A stretch of 35,976 nucleotides of DNA from Methanocellales archaeon (GCA_037443105.1 JBBIOZ010000006.1:1-35976); one strand, 5' to 3'. Positions 24,018 to 32,794 are shown, counted from the first letter of the stretch. The notes: generated by a model not told the origin, from the sequence alone. Numbers and translations are program-made.

Positions 24018-24613
24018 TTAAATCTTTTACCAGCATCAACGCGGTCGGCAAACGCAAGGTTGCCTGAGAGCTTTTTTATCACAACTTTAACGGTCTCGCC
24101 CTTCTGCGCCCCAGGAATGAATATGGTGATGCCGCCAACAATGGCAATGCCATCACCCTTCTTGCCAACTGCACTAATCTGAAGCTCATATTCCTTGCCT
24201 TCTTCAAGAGTCTGAGGTGCTACCGCTGGCTTCTTCAGCACTCTCCTCTGCACAGGTCTCCAAGCACCGCAAGCATCGCATTTGAGCATAAGAATTCTAT
24301 CCTGTTTTATAAGATGCGTATCCGGCCTCCCGCATTCTTGACAGGTGATAAATTCCTCAACGTATCTATTTATCTGCATCCAAATTGCATCAGCGGTGAA
24401 CTTTCCTTGAAAGATTGCTCTCGAGCCATCGATCTTGCCAGCTGTACCCATTTCACGCACAAGAAATTTCATAACGTGATCAGGATCTCGATTGAGCACG
24501 CTAACGATGTCCTTAAAATTATCCAGAACTGTTGTTCTACCCTCTGAGAATACCCTTGGAGATGGAATAATGAAACGAGTGTCACTCACCTTTACAGGTG
24601 GTGTTTTTTTCAT
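24014..24613 (-). CDS. eif2b: translation initiation factor aIF-2 subunit beta with C-terminal TRAM domain
   Basis: 199 aa. The aIF2-beta core ends in a zinc ribbon, CQECGRPDT...KCDACGA. The C-terminal extension of about 65 aa, EGKEYELQISAVGKKGDGIAIVGGITIFIPGAQKGETVKVVIKK, is a TRAM fold signature. Confidence 0.88.
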   Translation of the reverse strand: MKKTPPVKVSDTRFIIPSPRVFSEGRTTVLDNFKDIVSVLNRDPDHVMKFLVREMGTAGKIDGSRAIFQGKFTADAIWMQINRYVEEFITCQECGRPDTHLIKQDRILMLKCDACGAWRPVQRRVLKKPAVAPQTLEEGKEYELQISAVGKKGDGIAIVGGITIFIPGAQKGETVKVVIKKLSGNLAFADRVDAGKRFK

Positions 24614-24766
24614 TGCCCGATTGAGAATTGATTCATATTCATTTGGCGTGCTAACACTTCCTTATTTTCTCTATTTCTCTCTATTTATTTCAACTATTTA
24701 AGGATGGCTGCTGCTCTATGAGTCTTATTTTAACCGAAAGCATTAATCAAGAAGTAAAAAATAATC

Positions 24767-25429
24767 ATGAAAATTATGAGAATCCTTGCTCTTTCAGATC
24801 TGCATGGCAAATGCTCGACTTTAAATAAAATCCTGCTAGCTTCAGGCGAGGTTGACTTAATCTTATTCGCCGGCGATATCACTGACCTAGGATTTATTGG
24901 CAGTGCTAAAGTGCTTGAGAAGCTATGGGGTAAAAAAGTACTCGCGGTTCAAGGCAACTGCGACCTTCCGTGGGATAAAGCATTCTTTGATTTTTCGAGA
25001 GCAATTAACTTGCATGCTTCGAGTGTGCAAATCGATGATGTTTTATTCATGGGCTTAGGCGGATCCAATATAACTCCCTATAATACGCCCTATGAGCTAA
25101 CCGAGTGTGAGATTCATCAAATTCTAGAGAAATTCAAAGGTGTTATAGGAAGCTACCCTGGAAGGAAAATCTTGGTTTCGCACGTACCTCCATTTGAAAT
25201 TTTAGATCTCACCAGAGACTATATAAACGCTGGAAGCTATGCTCTGCGAGAATTTATCGAGGGCAGTGAGCTTGACCTTGTTGTTTGCGGTCACATTCAC
25301 GAGGCATATGGTATAGATCGACTTGGAAAAACGCTGATTGTCAATACAGGTGCAGCTGAAGCCGGGCACGCTGCTTTGATAGAAATCGATTCCGGTATTG
25401 AGGTGCAGCTTTTGCGAATCAAGCTATAA
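24767..25429 (+). CDS. calcineurin-like metallophosphoesterase (Icc/CpdA-related family)
   Basis: 220 aa with motifs LSDLHG, AGDITD, GNCD, SHVPP and GHIHE in canonical order. Confidence 0.8.
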   Translation: MKIMRILALSDLHGKCSTLNKILLASGEVDLILFAGDITDLGFIGSAKVLEKLWGKKVLAVQGNCDLPWDKAFFDFSRAINLHASSVQIDDVLFMGLGGSNITPYNTPYELTECEIHQILEKFKGVIGSYPGRKILVSHVPPFEILDLTRDYINAGSYALREFIEGSELDLVVCGHIHEAYGIDRLGKTLIVNTGAAEAGHAALIEIDSGIEVQLLRIKL

Positions 25430-25449
25430 TTTTCCAAGTTATTCGCTTG

Positions 25450-25992
25450 CTATTTGGGCTTTTTAGCTAGAAGCAGCTCAAGATATGACTGCTGAATGGA
25501 ATCCTTCAGCGATAGGCCGAGAGTTTGCAGTAAATCGAAGACTTGCTTGCGCTTGGTCTCGAAGTTTTTTTCCACTGCAGGTACTTCAACTTCGATAAAA
25601 CTGCCAAGCTGCTCCACGCGATCTAGGGAAATCTTAAGACCGCGAAATTTATAAACTCGCCTTATTTTATTTACAGCTGCTATTTCGCGATACCCAAGCA
25701 GCGATAGCAAGCTCCGCAGCTTTTTAACTGCTTTTGCTTCGATTTCTATTTCTATTTCCCTTCGACTCTTTGTTTTGCCATCGAGCTTTGCACCCTTATA
25801 GGTCAAATAGTTCTTATCATTTTCAATTCTGATTCTGAGTACTTCGTCGGTTTTTGCAAAATCTCTATCTGGAGCGTTGTAGTATATATCAAGCTGTTTT
25901 TTCTCCCCAGCCGATTTCATTCTCATCTGCTTTATTTTATTTTCCAGCGCAGCTGGGTCTTTGACTGGGAGTTTGACTTCAACTTCAATCAT
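25450..25992 (-). CDS. CYTH-domain protein (CyaB-like class IV adenylate cyclase / triphosphate tunnel metalloenzyme)
   Basis: 180 aa beginning MIEVEVKLPV, the ExExK signature. Alternating charged beta-strands occur throughout (EIEIEIE, FIEVEV). Confidence 0.8.
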   Translation of the reverse strand: MIEVEVKLPVKDPAALENKIKQMRMKSAGEKKQLDIYYNAPDRDFAKTDEVLRIRIENDKNYLTYKGAKLDGKTKSRREIEIEIEAKAVKKLRSLLSLLGYREIAAVNKIRRVYKFRGLKISLDRVEQLGSFIEVEVPAVEKNFETKRKQVFDLLQTLGLSLKDSIQQSYLELLLAKKPK

Positions 25993-26049
25993 CCAAAGGT
26001 TCTATAACGATTTTTGCTTATATTCTTTGCCTGCGTATTTAAAAAACAG

Positions 26050-26090
26050 ATATTTTTATAAAAAAATCGAATTAAAAAATATATATACTG
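26050..26090 (+). promoter_or_regulatory. AT-rich TATA-like elements upstream of the fpo/nuo operon
   Basis: TTTTTATAAAAA lies at about 26054-26065 and AAAAATATATATAC at about 26075-26088. They are 45-80 nt upstream of the fpoA ATG, and a GGAG SD lies at 26124-26127. Confidence 0.3.
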
Positions 26091-26134
26091 AAATCATCAA
26101 GTTAGCAACTGTTTTAAATAAACGGAGAATTGTT

Positions 26135-26503
26135 ATGGTGGTAGCAGATACATACATTTCAATTGGCATATTCATCATAGCAGCTTTGGTTCTGCCGATA
26201 GTAATGATGATCATCGGCTGGCTATTTGAATTAAGACCAAGCAATCCAACGCCACTAAAATTACTGCCATTCGAATGTGGATCGATACCAATTGGCGGCA
26301 CTCCATCCCGCTACGGGATCTCCTATTACATGTATGGCCTCCTACTAGTTATTTTTGATGTTGAAACAGTCTTCCTCTACCCGTGGGCCATTTCATTTTT
26401 GAAGACGGGCTTAATAGCAATGATCGAGATGTTCATCTTCATCGGCGTTTTAGTGTTGGGTCTCATATATGCTTGGAAGAAGGGGGCGCTGGAATGGGTG
26501 TAA
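26135..26503 (+). CDS. fpoA: complex I-type oxidoreductase subunit A (F420H2 dehydrogenase FpoA / NADH-quinone oxidoreductase NuoA)
   Basis: 122 aa from MVVADTY. It carries the PFECG motif and FDVE..FLYPW. The upstream part of the ORF-track ORF (25961-26134) overlaps the divergent CYTH gene and is not coding. Confidence 0.88.
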   Translation: MVVADTYISIGIFIIAALVLPIVMMIIGWLFELRPSNPTPLKLLPFECGSIPIGGTPSRYGISYYMYGLLLVIFDVETVFLYPWAISFLKTGLIAMIEMFIFIGVLVLGLIYAWKKGALEWV

Positions 26504-26991
26504 TCTTTACAACCTTGAAAGATTTGATCAACTGGGGTAGAAAGAACTCCCTCTGGCCATTTATTCAACCAATGGGATGCTGCGGCATAGAAATTTTGAA
26601 CATAGGCAATCCAGTTTTCGATACCGATAGATATGGAATCGTACCGAGAGATTCCCCTAGACAGTGCGATGTAATGGTGATAAGCGGTTGGATAACTTGG
26701 AAATTGCTGCCTAGGATACAGCGAGTTTGGGAGCAAATGCCTGAGCCGAAGTATGTTATAGCAATGGGAGAATGTGCAATTAGCGGCGGACCCCAGTGGG
26801 ATTCCTATAATATAGTGGATAATGTAGGCGATTACTTCCCAATCGATGTATATGTACCAGGCTGCCCTCCTAGACCAGATGCTCTATTTGAAGGGTACCT
26901 GAAGCTTCAGGAGAAGATAACGAAGGAAGGAGAACTCAATGGTTTGCCAAGGAGAAGGAAGCCTGCGTCCAAGCCCAAGGTGGAGGTATGA
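26494..26991 (+). CDS. fpoB: complex I-type subunit B (FpoB/NuoB, cluster N2 subunit)
   Basis: Begins MGVIFTT. The N2 ligand motifs are present: PMGCCGIE, MGECAISGG and VPGCPPRP. Confidence 0.9.
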   Translation: MGVIFTTLKDLINWGRKNSLWPFIQPMGCCGIEILNIGNPVFDTDRYGIVPRDSPRQCDVMVISGWITWKLLPRIQRVWEQMPEPKYVIAMGECAISGGPQWDSYNIVDNVGDYFPIDVYVPGCPPRPDALFEGYLKLQEKITKEGELNGLPRRRKPASKPKVEV

Positions 26992-27466
26992 TGTCTTGAC
27001 CGAGCTGGAGAAGGAAAATCAAATTTTGGAAGCGCTCAAAAATCAGTTTCCGGAGGATATAATTGAAGCCAAGGTTCAAAGGAAAAATCGAGTCTTAGTT
27101 AAAATTAAAAAAGAAAAACTATTTGAGGTCTGCAAATTCGCTGGTGAAAAACTCGAACTTGAGCATCTATCGAGCATAGCTGGCGTTGACTACGGCAGTG
27201 AATTTGAAGTGGTGTATCACATAGCAACCTATAAGCACCCAGTTATATTAACCTTGAAAACCCGCGTACCTGCTCAAGACCCAAGAATCCCTTCGGTTGT
27301 TTCGATCTGGTGGAATGCCAACTGGTATGAGCGCGAAACTTACGATCTCCTCGGCATAGTCTTCGAGGGGCACCCCAGACTCGAGCGCCTGCTACTTCCG
27401 CAGGAGTGGAAGGTGCATCCATTGAGGAAAGAATGGAAATTGCCCAAAAAGGCGGTGGAACAATGA
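26939..27466 (+). CDS. fpoC: complex I-type subunit C (FpoC/NuoC)
   Basis: NuoC 30-kDa fold strings WWNANWYERETYDLLGIVFEGHP and LLLP. The start is uncertain: either ATG 26939, or TTG 26996 preceded by GGTGGAGGT. Confidence 0.85.
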   Translation: MVCQGEGSLRPSPRWRYDVLTELEKENQILEALKNQFPEDIIEAKVQRKNRVLVKIKKEKLFEVCKFAGEKLELEHLSSIAGVDYGSEFEVVYHIATYKHPVILTLKTRVPAQDPRIPSVVSIWWNANWYERETYDLLGIVFEGHPRLERLLLPQEWKVHPLRKEWKLPKKAVEQ

Positions 27467-28578
27467 AAGCCATAGATCTAAGCCCGAGGGAAACAATGGT
27501 ACTGCAGCTCGGTCCGCATTATCCATCGCAGCCTGGTCCTTATCTGCTGAAGGTTACCCTAGACCATGAAACAATTGTGGATGCAGATATAGAGTTTGGA
27601 TTCAACCATCGTGGATTTGAAAAACTTGCTGAAAACAGAACCTATCTACAGTTCCTCCCTCTAACAGATAGAATATGCTATGTTGCAGCACTCTCCCACA
27701 ACGATGTATACTGCAGAGCCGTGGAGGAACTAATGAAGATCGAGGTGCCTGAGAGGGCAAAGTATATTAGAACCCTTGCACTTGAACTTCAAAGAATTGC
27801 CTCTCACACAATTTGCTTCTCCGAAGGATACACACTAGAGCAGGGATTCCTCTCGATGATGATCTACATCCTTAGAGAGAGAGAAAAAATAATGAGCTTA
27901 ATGGAGGAACTCTGCGGAAGCAGACTCAACATGACCTACTTCCGATTTGGAGGAGTGAGGCTTGACCTCCCAAAGGGATTCAAGGAAAGAGCAATACCCA
28001 TTCTGGATGAAGTGGATAGAAACATAGCTGAATATGATAGAATTCTGGAAACAGACTCAGTATTTCTTGCCAGAAATGAAAACGTGGGAGTGCTTAAAAC
28101 TGAAGATGCAATTAAACTGGGGGTAACAGGCCCGGTTCTCCGAGGTTCAAATGTGAACTTTGACCTGCGCAAAGCAGATCCCTACGATGCCTACGATAAG
28201 GTGGATTTTGAAGTTTGCTATGAAAAAGGCTGCGATAACCTAGCAAGATTCCGGGTTAGAGTTCGTGAGATTCACGAAAGCATTAAGATAATAAAGCAAT
28301 GTCTAAAAGATATGCCACAGGGCCCAATTCAAGCGAAGCTGCCAAAGGTAATAAGACCCCCGCCAGGCGAGGTTTATGCAAGAATCGAAGACCCCAGGGG
28401 GGAAATGGGTATGTATTTAGTGAGCGACGGAGGGCTTAATCCATACCGCTTAGCAATCAGAGGCCCTGCATTCAGAAACTCTCAAGCACTTCCACCTTTA
28501 CTTCTAGGCTATAAATACGCGGACATAGTTGCGATAGCTGGCAGCACCGATGGATGCACAAGCGAGGTGGATAGATAA
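27463..28578 (+). CDS. fpoD: complex I-type subunit D (FpoD/NuoD, 49-kDa homologue), N-terminal signature divergent
   Basis: 371 aa from MKAIDL, with an ATGA overlap with fpoC. Recognisable strings are HRGFEKLAENRTYLQ, ELQRIASH, REREKI, YFRFGGVR, EDPRGE and a C-terminal EVDR. The canonical GPQHPxxHG reads GPHYPSQPG. Confidence 0.85.
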   Translation: MKAIDLSPRETMVLQLGPHYPSQPGPYLLKVTLDHETIVDADIEFGFNHRGFEKLAENRTYLQFLPLTDRICYVAALSHNDVYCRAVEELMKIEVPERAKYIRTLALELQRIASHTICFSEGYTLEQGFLSMMIYILREREKIMSLMEELCGSRLNMTYFRFGGVRLDLPKGFKERAIPILDEVDRNIAEYDRILETDSVFLARNENVGVLKTEDAIKLGVTGPVLRGSNVNFDLRKADPYDAYDKVDFEVCYEKGCDNLARFRVRVREIHESIKIIKQCLKDMPQGPIQAKLPKVIRPPPGEVYARIEDPRGEMGMYLVSDGGLNPYRLAIRGPAFRNSQALPPLLLGYKYADIVAIAGSTDGCTSEVDR

Positions 28579-28589
28579 GGAGGGGTGAT

Positions 28590-29651
28590 ATGGAGATCAG
28601 CGATTTAATTGCAACTTATTACTCAATTCAGCAAGCAATGGCAGCGAGGGATATATTTGCATTGCTTGCTCTCATCCAAGAAAATCCACTGCTTCGCGGG
28701 ATAGCTGGGTGTGTTATAGCAATTGCAATTGTAATGACCTTGGTGATCATAGGCATATGGATGGAAAGGAAGGTACTTGCAGATTTCCAGACCAGATATG
28801 GACCAAATAGAGTTGGACCATATGGTATTCTCCAGCTCATAGCGGATATGATAAAACTAATCACAAAGGAGGATATCATACCAGCGAAGGCTGACTTCTA
28901 TGGATACTGGCTTGGCCCAATTATGATGATGGGCGTGCCATTAGTTGCCTTCGCAGCAATACCAGCTGCTCGAGAGTTAATTGTCGCTGACCTCGATATA
29001 GGTATACTCTATATAGAGGCAGTTTCATCCGTAGCTGTAATAGGGGCATTCCTCACAGGCTGGGCGCCTAGGAATAAATTCAGCTTGATCGCTGCCTTAA
29101 GAGGAATGGCACAGATGATCAGCTATGAAATTCCTCTCGCGCTCTCGATAATAGCAGTTGTAATAATGGCTGGCTCGATGTCAACCGTGAGCATCGTGGA
29201 GGCGCAGTCCAAGGTGTGGTTCATCGTGCCTCAATTCGTAGGCTTCCTCATATTCTACGCTTCATTTCTAGCAGAAGCCGGGAGAATACCATTTGACTTA
29301 AGGGAAGCCGAACAGGAACTCGCAGGCGGGTGGGGAGTTGAATACACCGGGATGAGATTCGGCTTGGGAATGGTGGGTGAATATGCACATTTAACTCTAG
29401 GCTCAATGCTCGTGGTCATACTCTTCTTTGGAGGATGGCATGGGCCGGTGATAATCCATCCAGTGCTCAGCGGTGCAGCTTGGTTCTTCCTTAAAACCAT
29501 AATAGTCATCTGGGCTACAATGTGGGTTAGAGCAGCCTTACCAAGATACAGGATAGATCAGCTTCTGAACATAGGCTGGAAAATTTTACTTCCACTGGGA
29601 TTAGCAAATCTAGCGTATACCTCTATCTTAGTACTTGTAATGGGGGCATAG
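28590..29651 (+). CDS. fpoH: complex I-type subunit H (FpoH/NuoH)
   Basis: 353 aa membrane protein with ERKVLADFQTRYGPNRVGPYGILQLIADMIKL and EAEQELAGGW..EY motifs. Confidence 0.9.
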   Translation: MEISDLIATYYSIQQAMAARDIFALLALIQENPLLRGIAGCVIAIAIVMTLVIIGIWMERKVLADFQTRYGPNRVGPYGILQLIADMIKLITKEDIIPAKADFYGYWLGPIMMMGVPLVAFAAIPAARELIVADLDIGILYIEAVSSVAVIGAFLTGWAPRNKFSLIAALRGMAQMISYEIPLALSIIAVVIMAGSMSTVSIVEAQSKVWFIVPQFVGFLIFYASFLAEAGRIPFDLREAEQELAGGWGVEYTGMRFGLGMVGEYAHLTLGSMLVVILFFGGWHGPVIIHPVLSGAAWFFLKTIIVIWATMWVRAALPRYRIDQLLNIGWKILLPLGLANLAYTSILVLVMGA

Positions 29652-29653
29652 CA

Positions 29654-30070
29654 ATGGTGCTGAGAAATTTGATTTACACCCTCAAACAATTCTTCACCCC
29701 TGAGGTAACGATAAACTATCCAGATGTTAAATATGTTCCCTTTCCAAGATTCAGAGCCCGACATTATTTGAAAATCGATGAATGCGTGGGCTGCGGAGTA
29801 TGCGCTAAAATTTGCCCAAATAAATGTATAGAGATGGTGCAGTATAAAGAAAGAAAGCACCCTCAGATTGACCTCGGGCGCTGCATGTTCTGCGCTTTAT
29901 GCATAGATTCCTGCCCCACAAATGCGCTCTTGAACACAACTGATTATGAACTTGCTGAGTATACCAGAGAAGCGCTGATCTATACCCCTGAGAGATTGAG
30001 CAAGCCGCCTAAAAAGCCATTTTACATTGCTGATAAAGAAGGCAACATCGTTGAACCTGAGGAGGCGTGA
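29654..30070 (+). CDS. fpoI: complex I-type subunit I (FpoI/NuoI, 2x[4Fe-4S] ferredoxin)
   Basis: 138 aa with CVGCGVCAKICP and CMFCALCIDSCP. Confidence 0.9.
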   Translation: MVLRNLIYTLKQFFTPEVTINYPDVKYVPFPRFRARHYLKIDECVGCGVCAKICPNKCIEMVQYKERKHPQIDLGRCMFCALCIDSCPTNALLNTTDYELAEYTREALIYTPERLSKPPKKPFYIADKEGNIVEPEEA

Positions 30071-30073
30071 GAA

Positions 30074-30322
30074 ATGCTTGATCTTTTACTATTCCTAGTG
30101 CTTGCTGCGGTAATTGTACTTGTTGCAATAGGCGTGGTTTGGACTAGGTTAGTTGTGCACAGCGCCGTCTACCTAGCTCTTACATTCATATGCGTAGCTG
30201 GACTGTATGTTTTATTAAACGCAGAACTCCTCGCAGCAATTCAAGTATTGATATATGTGGGTGCAATCGTGGTATTGATAATATTTGGAATAATGCTCAC
30301 AGGCGGAGGAGAGGAGGATTAA
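30074..30322 (+). CDS. fpoJ: complex I-type subunit J, N-terminal part (FpoJ1/NuoJ)
   Basis: 82 aa with three hydrophobic helices. The AAIQVLIYVGAIVVL string is typical of NuoJ TM3. Confidence 0.8.
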   Translation: MLDLLLFLVLAAVIVLVAIGVVWTRLVVHSAVYLALTFICVAGLYVLLNAELLAAIQVLIYVGAIVVLIIFGIMLTGGGEED

Positions 30323-30324
30323 AG

Positions 30325-30573
30325 ATGGGATTCTGGAGCACTTTCCTAAAATTCATAGTGGCGGTGATTTTCATCTCCCTGCTCTCCATAACTCTAGCCA
30401 CCGCACCTTGGAGTGATAAGCCGATGGAGGATGTGGAAAAGGTTACCTATTTAATTGGCTTAATGCTCTTCCAGTTTGGGAGATTCGTCGTGCCATTTGA
30501 AATTATTTCACTGGTGTTAATAGCAGCATTGATAGGTGCAATATTCATAGCCATTAAGGAGGCTGCCGCATGA
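30325..30573 (+). CDS. fpoJ: complex I-type subunit J, C-terminal part (FpoJ2/NuoJ)
   Basis: 82 aa from MGFWSTF. The PFEIISLVLIAALIGA string is typical of the NuoJ C-terminal helix. Starts 3 nt after the J1 stop. The ORF-track start at 30190 is an out-of-frame overlap artefact. Confidence 0.7.
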   Translation: MGFWSTFLKFIVAVIFISLLSITLATAPWSDKPMEDVEKVTYLIGLMLFQFGRFVVPFEIISLVLIAALIGAIFIAIKEAAA

Positions 30574-30878
30574 TTCCACTGGTCGCATATTTAATACTTG
30601 CAGCAATAGTTTTCGGGATTGGAGCTTTTGGGTTCATTACCAGCAAAAATGTGATAAGAATACTAATGAGCGTGGAGCTAATGCTCAATTCTGCTAATAT
30701 CAACTTCGTGGCATTCTCAAGCTATTCTATACCATTTGATATATCCGGGCAGATCTTCGCTTTATTTACCATAGCGCTGGCTGCAGCTGAATCCGCAGTA
30801 GGGATAGCGATCTTAATACTGCTTTACAGAACGCACGGCACTGTCAAAATCCAAGATATCAATGTATTGAGGTGGTAA
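30570..30878 (+). CDS. fpoK: complex I-type subunit K (FpoK/NuoK)
   Basis: 102 aa with three helices. SVELMLNSANINFVAF and AAAESAVGIAIL contain the conserved membrane glutamates. Confidence 0.9.
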   Translation: MIPLVAYLILAAIVFGIGAFGFITSKNVIRILMSVELMLNSANINFVAFSSYSIPFDISGQIFALFTIALAAAESAVGIAILILLYRTHGTVKIQDINVLRW

Positions 30879-30880
30879 AA

Positions 30881-32794
30881 ATGACTGGCATAATTGAATA
30901 TTCTTGGCTGATTCCAGTGCTGCCAATAATTGCATTTGCCATAATCGCCTTCTTCGGAAGAAAGATCTACGAGGGGGGAGCACCGGTAGGTATACTCTTC
31001 ACAGGTGCTTCCTTTATAATTTCCCTAGGTACACTGCTGGAAGTGTTGCATAGAACAGAGCCATACACGCGTTCAATGGAGTGGTTCATGGGTATAAAAG
31101 TGGGCATTCTAATAGATCCGGTGGGCGCGATAATGCTAGTCATCGTCTCCTTCATCTCGCTACTTGTGCAGATCTACTCCATAGGCTACATGCATGGCGA
31201 CCCAGGCCTGCCGAGATATTACGCAGAAATGAATTTATTCACAACTTCAATGCTTGGCTTCGCAATTTCAGATAGCATTCTCTTCGCATTCATAAACTGG
31301 GAACTCGTTGGACTTTGCTCTTATCTCTTAATTGGATTCTGGTATAGAAAGCACTCTGCAGCTGCTGCTGCAAAAAAAGCATTCTTAGTAACCAGAGTGG
31401 GAGATATATTCTTCTTCCTAGGCATTCTCATCCTATTTACCAACCTCCATACCTTCAACTACCTAGAGCTATTTGAGAGAGCGGAGATGGGAGAAATAGC
31501 AGTGCCGCTGCTAACATTTGCAATGCTTGGCATATTTGGTGGAGCAGTTGGCAAATCCGCTCAATTCCCACTTCACGTATGGCTGCCAGATGCAATGGAA
31601 GGCCCCACCACCGTTAGCTGCCTGATTCACGCTGCCACAATGGTTAAAGCCGGCGTATTTCTAGTAGCCAGAACCTACCCACTCTTCCACCTTGCACCTC
31701 AAGCACTAATGGTTGTTGCCTACATCGGCGGCTTCACTGCTTTCCTAGCCGCATCGCTGGCAGTGGTGGTGACAGATATAAAGCGCATCGTGGCATATTC
31801 CACAATTTCCCAGCTTGGCTACATGATGCTAGCCCTTGGAGCAGGGGGGTATATAGCTGGGATGTTCCATCTAATGAATCATTCCTTCTTCAAAGCATTA
31901 TTATTCCTAGCTGCAGGCAGCGTGATCCATGCTGTTGGAACCAACGACATAAGACAAATGGGCGGGCTGATGAAGTATATGAAGATCACCGCCATAACCA
32001 TGCTATTCGGCGTGCTCTCAGTTTCAGGAATACCTCCATTCTCAGGCTTCTTCAGCAAAGATGAAGTGCTGCTCAGCGCTTATAACTACTACCACGCAAC
32101 TCATCATTTACTGCCACTTTTATTCGGCCTTGCAACTGCTTTCCTCACCGCATTCTATATGTTCAGAGCTTGGTTCCTTGCATTCACAGGTACATATAGA
32201 GGGGGGCAGATTGTTAAGCATCTGCCGGCCGAGGCACATGCAGCTGCTCACGATGGTGGAGAACCAAAGCATGCTGAGGTTGCCATTCACGAGTCACCTT
32301 GGGTTATGACCATACCATTGATTATATTAGCATTCCTAGCATTAACTTCAGGCTGGACTTGGGAGGGCTACAGGCACGCAGTTACTCTTCCATTCCTCCA
32401 TGAGGAGGAGCCTGCGCCAGTTATAATGTATACCTCGGTTATTCTAGCAATCTTAGGCATCGCAACCGCTGCTCTCCTATACTTCAAATTCACCATTTCA
32501 AGCTCTAGGATCGTTAACGCCTTTAAACCCATTCATACTCTGCTTATGAATAAATACTATTTAGACCACCTCTACTATGGATTCGCTGAGAAAATAGTCT
32601 ATGGAGTTGCTAGACTGGCGGAGTTCTTCGATCTATATGGCATCGATGGCGTGGTCAATGCGATTACCGCAGTTATAGTGCGGGGGGCTGCAAGGCTGAG
32701 AAAAGTTCAAACCGGCAGAGTGCAGGGCTATGCAAGTGCAGTCATTCTGGGGGTAATAATACTTTTAATAATTGCACTCTTAGGAGGTAGATAG
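30881..32794 (+). CDS. fpoL: complex I-type subunit L (FpoL/NuoL, antiporter-like with lateral helix)
   Basis: About 637 aa with the WE..G..SYLLIGFW and GKSAQFPLHVWLPDAMEGPT motifs and a long C-terminal extension. The ATG at 30881 follows GAGGTGG; the ORF track uses GTG 30872. Confidence 0.9.
   Translation: MTGIIEYSWLIPVLPIIAFAIIAFFGRKIYEGGAPVGILFTGASFIISLGTLLEVLHRTEPYTRSMEWFMGIKVGILIDPVGAIMLVIVSFISLLVQIYSIGYMHGDPGLPRYYAEMNLFTTSMLGFAISDSILFAFINWELVGLCSYLLIGFWYRKHSAAAAAKKAFLVTRVGDIFFFLGILILFTNLHTFNYLELFERAEMGEIAVPLLTFAMLGIFGGAVGKSAQFPLHVWLPDAMEGPTTVSCLIHAATMVKAGVFLVARTYPLFHLAPQALMVVAYIGGFTAFLAASLAVVVTDIKRIVAYSTISQLGYMMLALGAGGYIAGMFHLMNHSFFKALLFLAAGSVIHAVGTNDIRQMGGLMKYMKITAITMLFGVLSVSGIPPFSGFFSKDEVLLSAYNYYHATHHLLPLLFGLATAFLTAFYMFRAWFLAFTGTYRGGQIVKHLPAEAHAAAHDGGEPKHAEVAIHESPWVMTIPLIILAFLALTSGWTWEGYRHAVTLPFLHEEEPAPVIMYTSVILAILGIATAALLYFKFTISSSRIVNAFKPIHTLLMNKYYLDHLYYGFAEKIVYGVARLAEFFDLYGIDGVVNAITAVIVRGAARLRKVQTGRVQGYASAVILGVIILLIIALLGGR

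Noticed and set aside
25961-26134. N-terminal extensions in the ORF track for fpoA (25961), fpoB (26383), fpoD (27406) and fpoJ2 (30190)
   Set aside because: The extensions overlap the preceding gene in another frame, or the divergent CYTH gene. They have non-protein-like composition. Internal ATGs with SD-like sequences give proteins that begin where the Nuo/Fpo homology begins.
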